64,000 nucleotides of DNA, from NCBI GenBank assembly GCA_963921275.4, contig OZ001293.3, forward strand, positions 6,656,001-6,720,000. Reading direction: 5' to 3'. A program made the position numbers and the translations under genes. Within the stretch, counting starts at the first letter, position 1. Every line of letters starts with the position of its first letter. The notes beneath the pieces were generated by a model. The model did not search any database and was not told where the DNA came from. It worked only from the letters and a program-made list of their open reading frames with translations. Source of the stretch: an uncultured Hormoscilla sp. GTDB taxonomy: Bacteria > Cyanobacteriota > Cyanobacteriia > Cyanobacteriales > Desertifilaceae. Positions 38,454 to 49,691 of this stretch are shown in pieces.

Positions 38454-39084
38454 GTGATTTCTCTACGTAGGCAATGCGATCGCCCTGTTGATGATAAGCT
38501 AATCTCAGCCTCTCAGAACGGGAACGATCGTCCTTAGCTGATTGTTGGTCAAAGAGGGACAGTTGCTGGGGTTTATTGACGGTAGCATCGTCTAAACTGT
38601 GGGCAGCTAACAACCGAGTTTCCAGTTGCTGATGGGATTCTAATTGGCCATCTTTAAGAATATGATTGATGTCCAAGTCATATTCTCGTAGATGCTGGCA
38701 AACCAGAATGGCCCGATGGCAGGTCATGGGGTCTTTCTCCGCACACATGAGGGCAATTCTATAATTTTGCACCCCTTTGAGGAGGCGCTGAATTCCTCGG
38801 CTAAAGTCGGGGGTGGCGGCGATGCGATCGTATATAGCTTTACCATCTAGGTAACAGTCGGGGTTGCGAGGTCTGGCCCCTAACTCTTGACCCAGAAAGG
38901 CATAACCAATGTCGGCCTGCTGCAGGGATGCGGCTAAGGAAGACTTGTTAAAATGGGATAAATGGCGGCTGTAAGGATGCGATCGCACGTCAGCCAAAGC
39001 AGTAATGCGATGTTGTTGCAGCAAAGCCAGGAAAGCATCCAGGCTATGATTAGAGTGACCGATGGTAAAAACTTCCTTAGTCAT
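38446..39084 (-). CDS. DUF488 family protein (long)
   Basis: FTIGHSNH...[11 protein letters not shown]...[14 protein letters not shown]. Confidence 0.9.
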   Translation of the reverse strand: MTKEVFTIGHSNHSLDAFLALLQQHRITALADVRSHPYSRHLSHFNKSSLAASLQQADIGYAFLGQELGARPRNPDCYLDGKAIYDRIAATPDFSRGIQRLLKGVQNYRIALMCAEKDPMTCHRAILVCQHLREYDLDINHILKDGQLESHQQLETRLLAAHSLDDATVNKPQQLSLFDQQSAKDDRSRSERLRLAYHQQGDRIAYVEKSHD

Positions 39085-39421
39085 TTTTGCTCTCCAAATA
39101 CCGAAGGCCCCAATCATGCATAGCATAGATAATGGGTTTGAGGGCTTTGCCCAAGGGAGTCAGGGAATATTCCACCTTGGGGGGCACTTGCGGATAGACT
39201 TCTCGATGGATAATAGCATCTTGTTCGAGTTCCCGCAACTGCTGGGTAAGCATTTTCTGGGTAATGCCGGTCAGGGCCCGATGGAGTTGGCCAAAGCGCT
39301 TAACGCCGTCGAACAGTTCCCGCAGGATCAAGACTTTCCAGCGTCCGCCAATGACGCGGATAGTAGTTTCCACCGCACAGGTGAGGCGAGAATGAGGTTG
39401 GGTTTGAGCGTCCATAGTCAC
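39077..39421 (-). CDS. HxlR-family winged-helix regulator
   Basis: CAVE...[20 protein letters not shown]...[10 protein letters not shown]. Confidence 0.93.
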   Translation of the reverse strand: MTMDAQTQPHSRLTCAVETTIRVIGGRWKVLILRELFDGVKRFGQLHRALTGITQKMLTQQLRELEQDAIIHREVYPQVPPKVEYSLTPLGKALKPIIYAMHDWGLRYLESKND

Positions 39422-39789
39422 CTTTTGGGTAGTATCCCACTTTTAAGTGCCTTCTTTACAGTTGTACTGTACCTGATTACAGTTGAGATATACTGCGAAT
39501 GGTCAGAAACTGCGCTTCTAAGAGCAGCCAATATGTCCGAAACGTGGGGGGAGCATAATTGAGAGATCCTTGTAAGTTAAGAGTAACACCCCCCGTTAGC
39601 GTAGCGGCGCGACGCAGGAGCGCTAGCAATCTCCGGCGGGTAGGAGATTGCTTCGGGGGGTCAGACTGTTGTGCTGACTACAGTTACTGCTTTGAGATCC
39701 CCCCTCGCTCCAGACACCAACAATGTCTCTTTCGCGCAAGTCGCTCCCTTTCAAAGTATAGTAAGAAGTATCGCAGCAGGTGAAATCAG

Positions 39790-40440
39790 ATGAGTAACGC
39801 AACCCTGAATCAGAAGCATCTAGCCATCCGCAAAGGGACAGAAAGAGGACAGGCAATCACGGTTGGCTGAAATCATATCATACATTCTCCTTCGCCAACT
39901 ATTATGATCGCAATTATATGGGATATGGAGATCGTCTCTTATGTGCTAGAAGGTGCCCTAGAACACAAGGATAGCATGGGCAATGGTTCGGTAATTAAGC
40001 CCGGTGATGCCCAGATCATGAGTGCTGGTACGGGCATTACTCACAGCGAGTATAACCATTCTGACAGGGAGTTGGTGCATTTTCTGCAAATCTGGGTGCA
40101 GCCAAATGTGACAGGACTATCCCCCAGGTACGAACAGAAGTTTTTTCCAGAAGAGTCAAAACTAAATCAGTTGCGACTGATAGTTTCGACTGACGGACGG
40201 GAGGGTTCGATTACTATTCATCAAGATGTGAATATCTACGATTCTCTGTTGGAGGCGGGCCAGGAAATTGTCTATCAGGGGAAACCCGATCGCCATGTCT
40301 GGGTGCAGGTGGCCAGGGGTAAAATGATGCTGGAGGAGGAGTTGCTAAAAGCTGGTGACGGTGCAGCGGTGAGTGCAGCAGAATCTCTGCAACTTGTGGG
40401 TAAGGAAAAGGCGGAATTTCTGCTTTTTGACCTCGCTTGA
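39790..40440 (+). pseudogene. Pirin (YhhW-like) with a frameshift and deletion of the N-terminal His motif
   Basis: HGWLKSYHTFSFANYYD..YMG joined directly to DMEIVSYVLEG; QIMSAGTGITHSEYN retained. Confidence 0.88.
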
Positions 40441-40600
40441 TATTTCCCGCTTTTCCGACAGCCCGCCGGGGGTTGCAAACCCCTCGCGTAGGCCATAAAC
40501 CAGGTCCAGGTTTTTACAAAAAACCTGGTTTCTTGAATTATCATCATGTGATTAAACGGGCGCTCTCCCCCTTTGATGACTCCCTAGTTAGTTATACTAT

Positions 40601-41313
40601 TCATTCCTGAGGAAGGTTGATTTTAATTAATTTTCCTTTTAAGATGGAAATTGCCTCATTAATGCGTGTGGCCAGTCTTTCAAAGTTGAGGTATTCTGTA
40701 CAGACAACGATTCCTGCATGGTTAGGATCTAATCGATGCAGTCGAATGAAATGACGACGATTGCGCGTCAAAACAGCGCGATTCTGGCTGACTGCAAAAG
40801 CCAGAACTTCCTCATCGGGAATGCCTAAATTAGCATTTCCTGCTGCTTTTGCTGTTAATACATCGTGACCTAAACTACTCATCCCGAGAGTGCGATCGAT
40901 CGCCAGGGACCAAACGGGAATGCGAGTATTGCCCCCACATACGCCCTTACCATTACTCACATCTTTCTTAAACTACCTGAAAGCATTACGGCGCAAGCTT
41001 TTCGAGACTTGCCGATTGGAGTTGGGCAAGACATTAATCTCTCTCTGATTCTTGATAAATTCTGATAGCGCTGCGCCCCCAGCGCAGCCATGTATTATTG
41101 AGAATGCCCCACGAATTAATGAGGGTTCCAGCCTCCGGAGTGGCCAGAGCGAGAAATGTTAAGAAAGATGTGAGTAAAGCATAGCACATACGCCAGGGGT
41201 TTTTTTATTCCCAATGACCCGTTGGTTAATGTTTGCGTTAAGGTCTCGATCGCGGATGCCTTTTGCGAGGGACTCAAGGCAAGTAGTTGGTTTTTGAGTT
41301 CTGTCACTGTCAT
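40601..41313 (-). pseudogene. DUF433/DUF5615-PIN TA pair, fused by deletion and split by a MITE
   Basis: MTVTELK...KKTPGVCGG..TRIPVW (DUF433) runs into GHDVLT...IPDEEVL...VLTRNRRHF (PIN). Confidence 0.8.
40946..41184. mobile_element. 239-bp MITE with a 10-bp TSD
   Basis: TIR core TTACTCACATCTTTCTTAA at both ends; CACATACGCC duplicated at 40936-40945 and 41185-41194. Confidence 0.88.
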
Positions 41314-41554
41314 AGTTTATCTTGCTAATTAAGCATCGTTACCATTACTTTATTCTCACATCTTACACCTTTTACTCTACAAGGCCGAGCGCATGTATGG
41401 GCCGATCGCATGTATGGGCCGATCGCGCGTGGACCAGAAACCGGGTTTCTTTTACTAAATCTGGAGCCACTAGCGACAATTATCTCTCATTACCCGGTTT
41501 CTTAGTCTTAGCGGACGGAGCGATCGCATCTATGGAGCGATCGCATGTATGGGC

Positions 41555-41926
41555 CGATCGCATCTGGTAGGGGCACAGCGTCAGCGTATCAGAAAATTGA
41601 CTGCTTCACCCGACAATTTATGTTCCTCCGTGCCCCGTTGATGGCCGATCGCATGTATTGGGCATGACGTTGGGGCGATCGCATCTGGTAGGGGCACAGC
41701 GTCAGCGTATCAGAAAATTGACTGCTTCACCCGACAATTTATGTTCCTCCGTGCCCCGTTGATGGCCGATCGCATGTATTGGGCATGACGTTGGGGCGAT
41801 CGCATCTGGTAGGGGCACAGCGTCAGCGTATCAGAAAATTGACTGCTTCACCCGACAATTTATGTTCCTCCGTGCCCCGTTGATGGCCGATCGCATGTAT
41901 TGGGCATAACGTTGGGGCGATCGCAT
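41555..41926. repeat. Three near-perfect 121-bp tandem repeats (REP hairpin plus HIP1-like sites)
   Basis: CATCTGGTAGGGGCACAGCG starts at 41561, 41682 and 41803. Confidence 0.93.
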
Positions 41927-42246
41927 GTATGGAACAAACGTATCGGGTAGGGGCACAGCGAAAATTAACTGCTTTACCAGACTCGGCGACGCCGTGCCCT
42001 GGATGTTTATGGTCGATCGCATGTATGTGACGGTTTATGATCGATCGCATGTATTGGGCATCGCGGGTGGGGCATCACCTTTGTTTCTTTTACCAAATCT
42101 TGCTCCTGACGTCACAATTAGCTCTCATTACCCGGTTTCTTGGTCTCAGGTGACGGGCGATCGCGCGCGGGTAATCGTTCGGGCAAGATTGAGAATGTTT
42201 ATACTAGAATTTGCTCTTTCAATTGTAAGGTCTGAAGATTTAAGAC

Positions 42247-42696
42247 TCAATGCCGATCGTCCAGCAAGCGAATCAGCAAATCATCGTCCTTGACTGTGAT
42301 ATCGGCTGCAATTTCTGGCAAACCCTCCAGACAACGAATCGAACAATCAGAGTTATTAAATAGTAACAGATCCAGTTCAGTCAAGACAACGGTGCAGTCA
42401 TCTAAAGCTATAATGTCAAACAGGGGAGTTAGCAGAGACAGGGATAGTGTAATATGACCATCTTGCAGGTCAATTGCTGCTAACCTTTGATCGACTCCCA
42501 CCCAAAGATGGGCTCCATCTTTGTCAATAGTAGTCACTGGTTGAATAATGGCGCTGCTTCTCCAACTGAGTCCGTAAGGCCCTATGCTTTGACCCAAATC
42601 TAACAAAGCAAATTGTCTCGCGTGGTCGTGAACGATAACCCGCCGCGCCCCTTCTAGCTGCTTGAATTCTGCTTCACTGATGGGTTTAATTTTCAT
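42247..42696 (-). CDS. Hypothetical protein, possibly 3'-truncated
   Basis: AGGAGG RBS; flanked by about 85-bp direct repeats. Confidence 0.6.
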   Translation of the reverse strand: MKIKPISEAEFKQLEGARRVIVHDHARQFALLDLGQSIGPYGLSWRSSAIIQPVTTIDKDGAHLWVGVDQRLAAIDLQDGHITLSLSLLTPLFDIIALDDCTVVLTELDLLLFNNSDCSIRCLEGLPEIAADITVKDDDLLIRLLDDRH

Positions 42697-42820
42697 CTTT
42701 CCTCCTGATATATTTAGGCGATCGCGGGTGTGGCATCACCTTTGTTTCTTTTACCAAATCTGGCTCATGACGCCACAATTATCTCCTCCAAACCCGGTTT
42801 CTTATCTGGTCAAGAATAAT

Positions 42821-43210
42821 TCAAGGAATGAACAACCGGCCCAAATTATTATCAAGTTCCATGGCAATCTCAATTATCTGTATAGCACATCTTTCACGAT
42901 ATTCTGCTTGGGTGATGCGAGAGGTGCGTCCAATGGTGAGTACTGGCAAAGATGTCAGAGTATTCTCCTCACGAATAGTTTGTTCCAAAGAGTCTGGACC
43001 GTCCATATTACGATTGTCTGTTAATACGATCATCTGGTTTGTTTGGGCAAATCGCCAAACCGAGCGGTCTGTACTATCTTCGGGGAGATCTACATCTGTA
43101 AAGAACAGTAATTGCATTGGGAAAAAATCTAGCCAACCTCCTGCACTCAAAGCACCCCATAACAATAATGCTTGTCCTTCAATGTTGTGGTCTGCTAAAA
43201 TTGTAATCAT
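42821..43210 (-). CDS. DUF5615-like PIN toxin
   Basis: ILADHNIEG...STDRSVW...VLTDN; 4-nt overlap with DUF433 gene. Confidence 0.8.
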   Translation of the reverse strand: MITILADHNIEGQALLLWGALSAGGWLDFFPMQLLFFTDVDLPEDSTDRSVWRFAQTNQMIVLTDNRNMDGPDSLEQTIREENTLTSLPVLTIGRTSRITQAEYRERCAIQIIEIAMELDNNLGRLFIP

Positions 43211-43572
43211 GTTTGGGAGAGGGTCTTTTGACGAGAACGCAGCTTTTCAAGTAGTTCAGAGCGCAACTGAGTCAAGGACTTCTGGGAACGATCTAGGTCG
43301 CGGGAGTTGTTTCGCTCTTCCCAATAGCGCCTGATTTCTTCACCTTGCTGGATTACCTGTTGATATTCTCGTTCTACCCGATCGCGATGAGCGTCTATAT
43401 AAGCTAGGACATCGGCCATTTGATTATCTGTCAAGTTAAACCAATCCCGGATCAGATTTGGCGGCCAATCCTCATGCAGATAATCGAGGATGGCGTACAA
43501 TGTGATCCGCGTTCCGGCTATTGATAGACCGCGACTCGTGTAGATTACTGTGGGCTGCTTGCTATCGGTCAT
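43207..43572 (-). CDS. DUF433 antitoxin
   Basis: SIAGTRITLYAILDYL...VLAYID. Confidence 0.88.
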   Translation of the reverse strand: MTDSKQPTVIYTSRGLSIAGTRITLYAILDYLHEDWPPNLIRDWFNLTDNQMADVLAYIDAHRDRVEREYQQVIQQGEEIRRYWEERNNSRDLDRSQKSLTQLRSELLEKLRSRQKTLSQT

Positions 43573-43851
43573 TGAGTTACTACATCTCCTATCTGACTGC
43601 TTAATTGCTTATTTTAGCTAACTACCTGCTAGTTAGCTACTCATCAAAGCTGAATTACAACTTGTTGGCGAGGAACTGTCAATCGATCGACTTGCGGTGA
43701 GCGAAGTCGAACTGCTGCAATCACCTCGATCGTCTGCTTGAGGTTGGGTTTGATTATATTTGGTAGCACTGCTCTATTTTAGCACATGGCTGTACTATTT
43801 AAAGAAAATATTTACTGCTTGACGCCAGGAAAGATTGTCACCTACGGCTAT

Positions 43852-45337
43852 CTACTGCTGAATAGCTATGAGTTTTTCCCGTGCTATTTTGCAGCCTTTA
43901 CTCCCTTGATCGCATAATATTTCTACAGCTTTCTGCATATCCTCGATTACACCTTTTTGGTCTCCCAAGTCTCTGCGTGCATACGTTGTTGTAGGCATCT
44001 GCTAAGTCTGGATCGATTGTAATCGCTTGATTGTAATCTGCGATCGCCCCTGAGTAGTCTCCCAACTGCTTGCGTACCAGACCCTGGTTATTGTAAGCCT
44101 CTGCATAGTCTGGGTTAATTTTTATCGCTTGATTAAAATCGGCGATCGCTCATTTATAATCTCCAAATTCACGGCGTGCAATTCCCATATTGACGTATGC
44201 TTCTGCATAGTCTGGGTTAATTTGTATCGCTTGATTGTAATCTAAAAACGCTGCTTTTGGTTCTCCAAATTTATAGCGTACATACCCCCTATTTTTGTAA
44301 AATTTAGCATATTCTGGGTTGATTTTTATCGCTTGATTAAAATCTGCGATCGCTCCTTTATAGTCTTCCAATTCACGGCGTCCCAGACCCCTCCTGTGCA
44401 TCATCTGGGTTAATTTTAATCGCTTGAGTGTAATCGGCGATCGCCCCTTTATAGTCTTCTAATTCACGGCGTCCCAGACCCCTCCTGTGCATCATCTGGG
44501 TTAATTTTAATTGCTTGAGTGTAATCGGCTATCGCCCCTTAAAAGTCTCCCAATTTACTGCGTACAGACGTAGGCTTTGGCATAGTCTGGGTTAATTTTT
44601 AGCGCCATATTGTAATCGGCGATCGCCCCTTGAAAGTCTCCCAATTCATGGCGTGCATTCCCCTGGTTTAAGTAGGCAAAGGGATGGGGTTTAATGTTGA
44701 TGGCTTGACTGTAAGCCTCCACTGCTTCTGCGTAGCGTTCTAATTCTTCCAGCACATTCCCTCGCAACCAATAAAGTACAGAATCTTTAGGATTGAGAGC
44801 GATCGCCTTATCATAAAATGCCAGCGCCTCTGAGTATCGCTTCAACCAGTAAAGCGCCTCTCCTCGTTGACGCCAAGCATGATATAATTTGGAATTAATT
44901 TCCGTAACTTTATCAAAAGATGCCACAGCTGCTTGATATTCTCCCTGCCACTTCAGTGCCAAACCCCGTGCATACCAAGCTTCATCGAAGTCTGGATTCA
45001 GTTTAATCGCTTTGTCAAAAGCTGCCACCGCCTCCTCGTATTGAAACAACCGCCATAATTGATTGCCATAATTCACTCAATCCTTTGCTTTTGCACCCTT
45101 TGGTGGTTTATTCGCAGTGAATAAAGCCCTCTGAATAGCAGTTATGTCTCCTCTATTCAGTGGCGGGGGTACTAACACCTCTACCTTCAACCACTTAGGT
45201 GATATCTGCGCCCTGCTTGTCAAACTCAAAAACGTCCTGACAGGCACTCCTAAACTATAACCCAACTGAACTCTAGATACTTCTTCTCCCTCCGCTGCGG
45301 CGTGAATGCCAATCACTCGTCCGCGAGAGCGATTCAT
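43852..45337 (-). pseudogene. Trypsin-like protease tail + TPR protein, fragmented
   Basis: GRVIGIH...GYSLGVPV then many TPRs (AIADYNQAIxINP type); TGA at 45077; several frameshifts; N-terminus lost. Confidence 0.85.
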
Positions 45338-45764
45338 CTGTTGTCACCTCCTTTGTAGTTAGCTTGCGCCGCGATACCCTAAAGGGTATCGCTACATGGA
45401 CAAAGCCCGCCTGCGCGGGCTTACCCCTGGGAACGGGTCTGCTGAGGCTCCCGCCTCTGGAAGATCCCGTTCCCTGATTCGATCTCGTTCCCTGGCTCCC
45501 GCCTAGGAACGGGCCTGCTGAGGCTCCCGCCTCTAGTTCGAGATCGTTCCCTGATTGTAGGATTGTCCTTACCATTTGAAGCAACATTCTAGTAAATCCC
45601 CCGTGTTGCCAGAAATTATTTTACCTACAAAATCTGTCTCCTACACACAAGAGGCAGAGCCTCAAAGATAGCATTCCGTGGCTCAGCCACGGAACGAGAA
45701 ATACCCGTCGATTTATCTGTGACTGGTACTGGTGGGCATCGCCCACCCTACGGCACAAATCATT

Positions 45765-46175
45765 TCAAGAAGTTGGGGAATCACTATTAGGAGTTTGGCG
45801 CATCAGATATTGCCATATCCGCTTGATCTCCGCTCGATCCACCTCAGCATGGCGAATCGAATTTTCGAGAGTTAGACCTACAGCATCGACAGTACGAGCT
45901 GTATTATCGACCTGGCGGGATGAATTATCCATAGAGGTTTCCAGGGCAGCGAGTCGCCTGTCTGTTTCTTCGGTAAAGTTTTTGAGCGCAATTTCGAGGG
46001 CAGCGAGACGCCGTTCCGTTTCTTCCGCAACGCGATCGTTCGCAGCGAGACGCCGTTCCGTTTCTTCTGCAAAGCGATCGAGGCGAGTATCTATGCGAGC
46101 GATCGCCTCTGCATGTGCTTGCTGCATCAGAGCCGTTTGTGCGAGAATCTATTCTATCTGGTCAAGTCTGCTCGT
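45765..46175 (-). pseudogene. Small coiled-coil protein with EETERRLAA repeats and a damaged 5' end
   Basis: In-frame upstream TSRLDQIE*ILAQTAL precedes the 120-aa ORF. Confidence 0.6.
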
Positions 46176-46267
46176 CTATTTTCCTTTTTGTCAGTTATTA
46201 TACTTTTTGATTGGCGCTGGTGGGCGATGCTCACTACAGTTATTGACGATCGGTTATTAGCATTATC

Positions 46268-46861
46268 CTACAATCCGACATTTTCGTATAATTGAAAAAT
46301 AGGACAGCTAAAATTAACGCTAGTTAGGTTAATTTTTAGTTCCGTTTCAGAGAGTGGGGTATTTTACTCAATAAAATAATGAGTCAGTTCCCATTTTCCT
46401 CGCTCGTTCAGTCTATAGCATTCCACGCTCATGCGATCGGGACTAACAAGCACATATTCTTTGAGAGTGCTGATGCGGCGGTAATGAGTGAATTTATCTC
46501 CCCGATCGTAAGCTTCGGTACTGGGAGAAAGAACTTCCACAATCAGGCAAGGATATCTTACCATTTTAATTGCCCTTCTGTCCCGGTCGTCGCAAGTTAC
46601 CATCACATCTGGGTAATGAAATGGACCTTGTTCAGAAATGCCTATTTTTACATCTTCTGATAAAACGAAACACCTTTTATCTCCCAGATGATTCTCCAGC
46701 GCCGTCGTCAGCTTAACAGCAATTCTATTGTGGGGAATAGTCCCTCCCGCCATAGCATAAACGTAGCCATTGACGTATTCGTACTTGATGGGTTGTTGTT
46801 CTTCCCATTCCAGGTACTCCTGGGGAGTCATCTCTGGTAATCTGTCTGAAATTGCTACCAT
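46268..46861 (-). pseudogene. Uma2 endonuclease, tandem copy with a C-terminal frameshift
   Basis: YPDVMVTC, IVEVLSPST; INLTSVNFSCPI tail lies in another frame. Confidence 0.85.
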
Positions 46862-46988
46862 CGTAGTTATCTTTTACCTCTTATCAACATTGGGAACCTA
46901 TGGAGGCTCCCATTTCTCATTTTACCTTGTGATTGGCGCTGGTGGGTGATGCCCACCCTACTATTGATGATAAGCTATTAGCATTCTC

Positions 46989-47591
46989 CTAGAATACTAC
47001 ATCTTCGTATAATTGAGAAATCGGACAGCTAAAATCAACGCTAGTCAGGTTAATTTCCAGTTCTGTTTCTGCTTGGGTAGTTTCCTCAAGCGAATAATGA
47101 GTCAGTTCCCATTTCCTCCGATCGTTCAGGCGGTAGCATTCCACGCTCATGGGATCTGGACTAACAAGCACATATTCTTTGAGAGTGCCGATCCGACGGT
47201 AATGGGTGAATTTATCTCCCCGATCGTAAGTTTCCTTACTGAGTGAAAGAACTTCCACAATCAGACAAGGATATCTTACCATTTTAATTGCCCTTCTGTC
47301 CCGATCGTCCCATGTTACCATCACATCCGGGTAGTGAAATGGACCTTGTTCAGAAATGCCGAGTTTAGCATCTGCCGATAAAACTAAACACCTTTTGCCT
47401 TTCAGGTGATTTTTCAGCGCATTCGTCAGGTTAACGGCAATTCTATTGTGGGGAATAGTTTCGCCCGCCATAGCATAAACCATAGCATAAACGTAGCCAT
47501 TGACGTATTCGTACTTGATGGGTTGTTGTTCTTCCCATTCCAGGTACTCCTGGGGAGTCATCTCTGGTAATCTGTCTGAAATTGCTACCAT
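46989..47591 (-). CDS. Uma2 (DUF820) endonuclease
   Basis: YPDVMV, IVEVLS and EYVLVS motifs; 12-nt internal duplication VYAMVYAM. Confidence 0.88.
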   Translation of the reverse strand: MVAISDRLPEMTPQEYLEWEEQQPIKYEYVNGYVYAMVYAMAGETIPHNRIAVNLTNALKNHLKGKRCLVLSADAKLGISEQGPFHYPDVMVTWDDRDRRAIKMVRYPCLIVEVLSLSKETYDRGDKFTHYRRIGTLKEYVLVSPDPMSVECYRLNDRRKWELTHYSLEETTQAETELEINLTSVDFSCPISQLYEDVVF

Positions 47592-47727
47592 CTTAGTTAT
47601 CTTTTACCTCTTATCAACATTGGGAACGCACAGTCTGAGGCGATCGCCTCTCGTTTCGGGGCTCTAGCCACGGAACGAGGAACTAAGGGTTCGTAGTAAG
47701 CACGAAGCGTGCTTACCATCCATTCTA

Positions 47728-48311
47728 CTATTCATCAGGTGCATTGCGGAAAAAATCCTCCAGATCCACCTTGATATAGGTTTTGCCGGAAACCCCAGAA
47801 TCATGCCCAACGGGCTTACTACTACTACCTTGAATAATTTTGCTGAGCTGATCGAGAATTTGCTCGGAATCATCTTTATGTCGCAGGGTGAATAGCAGGG
47901 TCTCGCAATCCCCATCCTTGACACTCGCCGCACAGATCACGGGTTTATCCTTGCCATTCTTATCTTTCCAAGTGCCATTAGTCATGTAATTGAGAGTGCC
48001 TTTATCGTAGGCTTCCTGAAAGGGAGGCGAGACTTGCTCGCACCGCGTCTTCGCAGGGTAGCCCATAGCTTCAAAAACATCTTTTTCCCAGCGAATCAGA
48101 GCCTTTTTCCCTCTTTGCGCCAAGGGTAAGTCGTGGGTACAGGCTTGCCACTCTGATTGTCGTAACCCTCCCGACAGATAAATGGCCACCCTGAAGCTGA
48201 CGGCGGTGGTAGTTCAGGCGAGGTATAATCTATCTGATTATTCTGATTGCAACTGCTGCTAGCAACTGCCAGTGTTGCTGTCAAGACGGCGATAAATGAT
48301 TGACCTTTCAT
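47728..48311 (-). pseudogene. COP23-domain lipoprotein, frameshifted
   Basis: ASSSC lipobox-like; FIC...PTTY, then ALIRW...RCEQVSP.FQ...PVIC...LLFTL. Confidence 0.75.
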
Positions 48312-48948
48312 TATACATATCTTCCTGTTTAAATCCTGCTCGTGTAATCTGCTGCCGTAGGGCTGCTCGTTTGCCTGCCGTGGCCTAGGGTGGGTTACGG
48401 CTGCGCCTAACCCACCGTCGTCCTTAAATCATTTGTTTACTATTATAGTATCTGTCACCCTTTCCTAGGCTCTGCCCGTCCCAGGGGTGCGATCGTCCTC
48501 CATACCTGCTCAAGGCGGACTGTCGGGCTGCGATCGCCCATGTGCTCGCGTCCTATAAGCAATTAGCGAATCCCTAAAAATCGCCACTATAAATGTAGAG
48601 ATGTCCGCCATTGCATCTCTACAGAAGTTGCTATAAATCACATTTCTATGCTAACCAATTTTTCTGGCATTGTCAACCCCTATGCATGATTTTTGGGAAA
48701 AATTAATAATTCAATTAGCTAGTATTTAGGATGGTTGCACAAATAGGGTATGAAACTACTTGCGATCCGAGAAACCCAGTTGTTTGGAAAAACCGGGTTT
48801 CTCGCTTCGGAACGCGACCAAAACGGCCCTAATGGTAAAATATATCGCCCCTAGACTGCTTGCTGAAATTGAGCTTTTGTAGGTTGAGTTGAGGCACGAA
48901 ACCCAACCCGCGAGTCAAACAGTAATGTTGTAGGTTTAGATCGCCTCT

Positions 48949-49593
48949 CTACTGCTGAAATTGAGTCATTAACCAAGTACCTACTTCTGTTTGACTCTGG
49001 GTGCGAGTGCGCCCCAGCGCCTCCGACAACACAGACATTGTCAACCCTGGCAATACCAGAGACTCAGTTATCTGTCTGCTACCCCGATCGACCATAGAAA
49101 AAGCGAGGATACGTACATGCTGCACGTCAACTATCCAATATTCACCAACTCCGAGTTCTTCATACAGCATCCGTTTTTTGCCCCGATCGTCAGCAAGTGA
49201 AGTTAAGCTAACTTCGATAGCCAAGTCAGGAGGCGGATAAACATCCAGGTTAATAATAGATGTGCCCCAAGGAACCACTTGGAAGTTATTTCCAATGTAA
49301 TAGGATACATCAGGTTGACATTCTGCTGTCCCCATTTTGCGGTAACTACAGTTAGTTAAACCTTTAAGCGGAATGCCCGTGATAATGCCAAACAAATTGA
49401 CGGCTAAAGAGATAATCGTGTTATCGCTGGAATGGTCATGACCTACAGGTGACATTTCAATCCTCAGTTCTCCTTGGTGATAGTAGCATTTGGCTTTTTC
49501 ATCAACTTCTTCTGAATCGATAATCTGGATGTATTCTTCCCAAGGGGCTGTCATCCAGGTGTCAGTGGAGATTTTGGTTTGTAATTTGCTCAT
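48949..49593 (-). CDS. Uma2 (DUF820) endonuclease
   Basis: QPDVSYY, PPDLAIEV and GVGEYWIVDV motifs. Confidence 0.9.
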   Translation of the reverse strand: MSKLQTKISTDTWMTAPWEEYIQIIDSEEVDEKAKCYYHQGELRIEMSPVGHDHSSDNTIISLAVNLFGIITGIPLKGLTNCSYRKMGTAECQPDVSYYIGNNFQVVPWGTSIINLDVYPPPDLAIEVSLTSLADDRGKKRMLYEELGVGEYWIVDVQHVRILAFSMVDRGSRQITESLVLPGLTMSVLSEALGRTRTQSQTEVGTWLMTQFQQ

Positions 49594-49691
49594 TAGCTTA
49601 TCCCATTTGCGATTTGTAATCTCTCGTTCCCAGGTTCTACCTGGGAATGTGCGGCTGGAGGCAGAGCCTCTAGAATCGCTCTTCTCCTATG

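Noticed and set aside
41555..41926. Possible CRISPR array or coding repeat
   Set aside because: Whole 121-bp units are identical, so there are no spacers; the period is not a multiple of 3
45340..45760. Structured ncRNA or ORF 45273-45587
   Set aside because: A cluster of REP-like palindromes (CTCGTTCCC...GGGAACG, GAGGCAGAGCCTC, GGTGGGC..GCCCACC) also seen at 194, 15920, 29850 and 49622
40601..49593. Integron-like cassette array (co-oriented small genes and palindromes)
   Set aside because: No integrase or consistent attC structure; the palindromes belong to REP families found throughout the window
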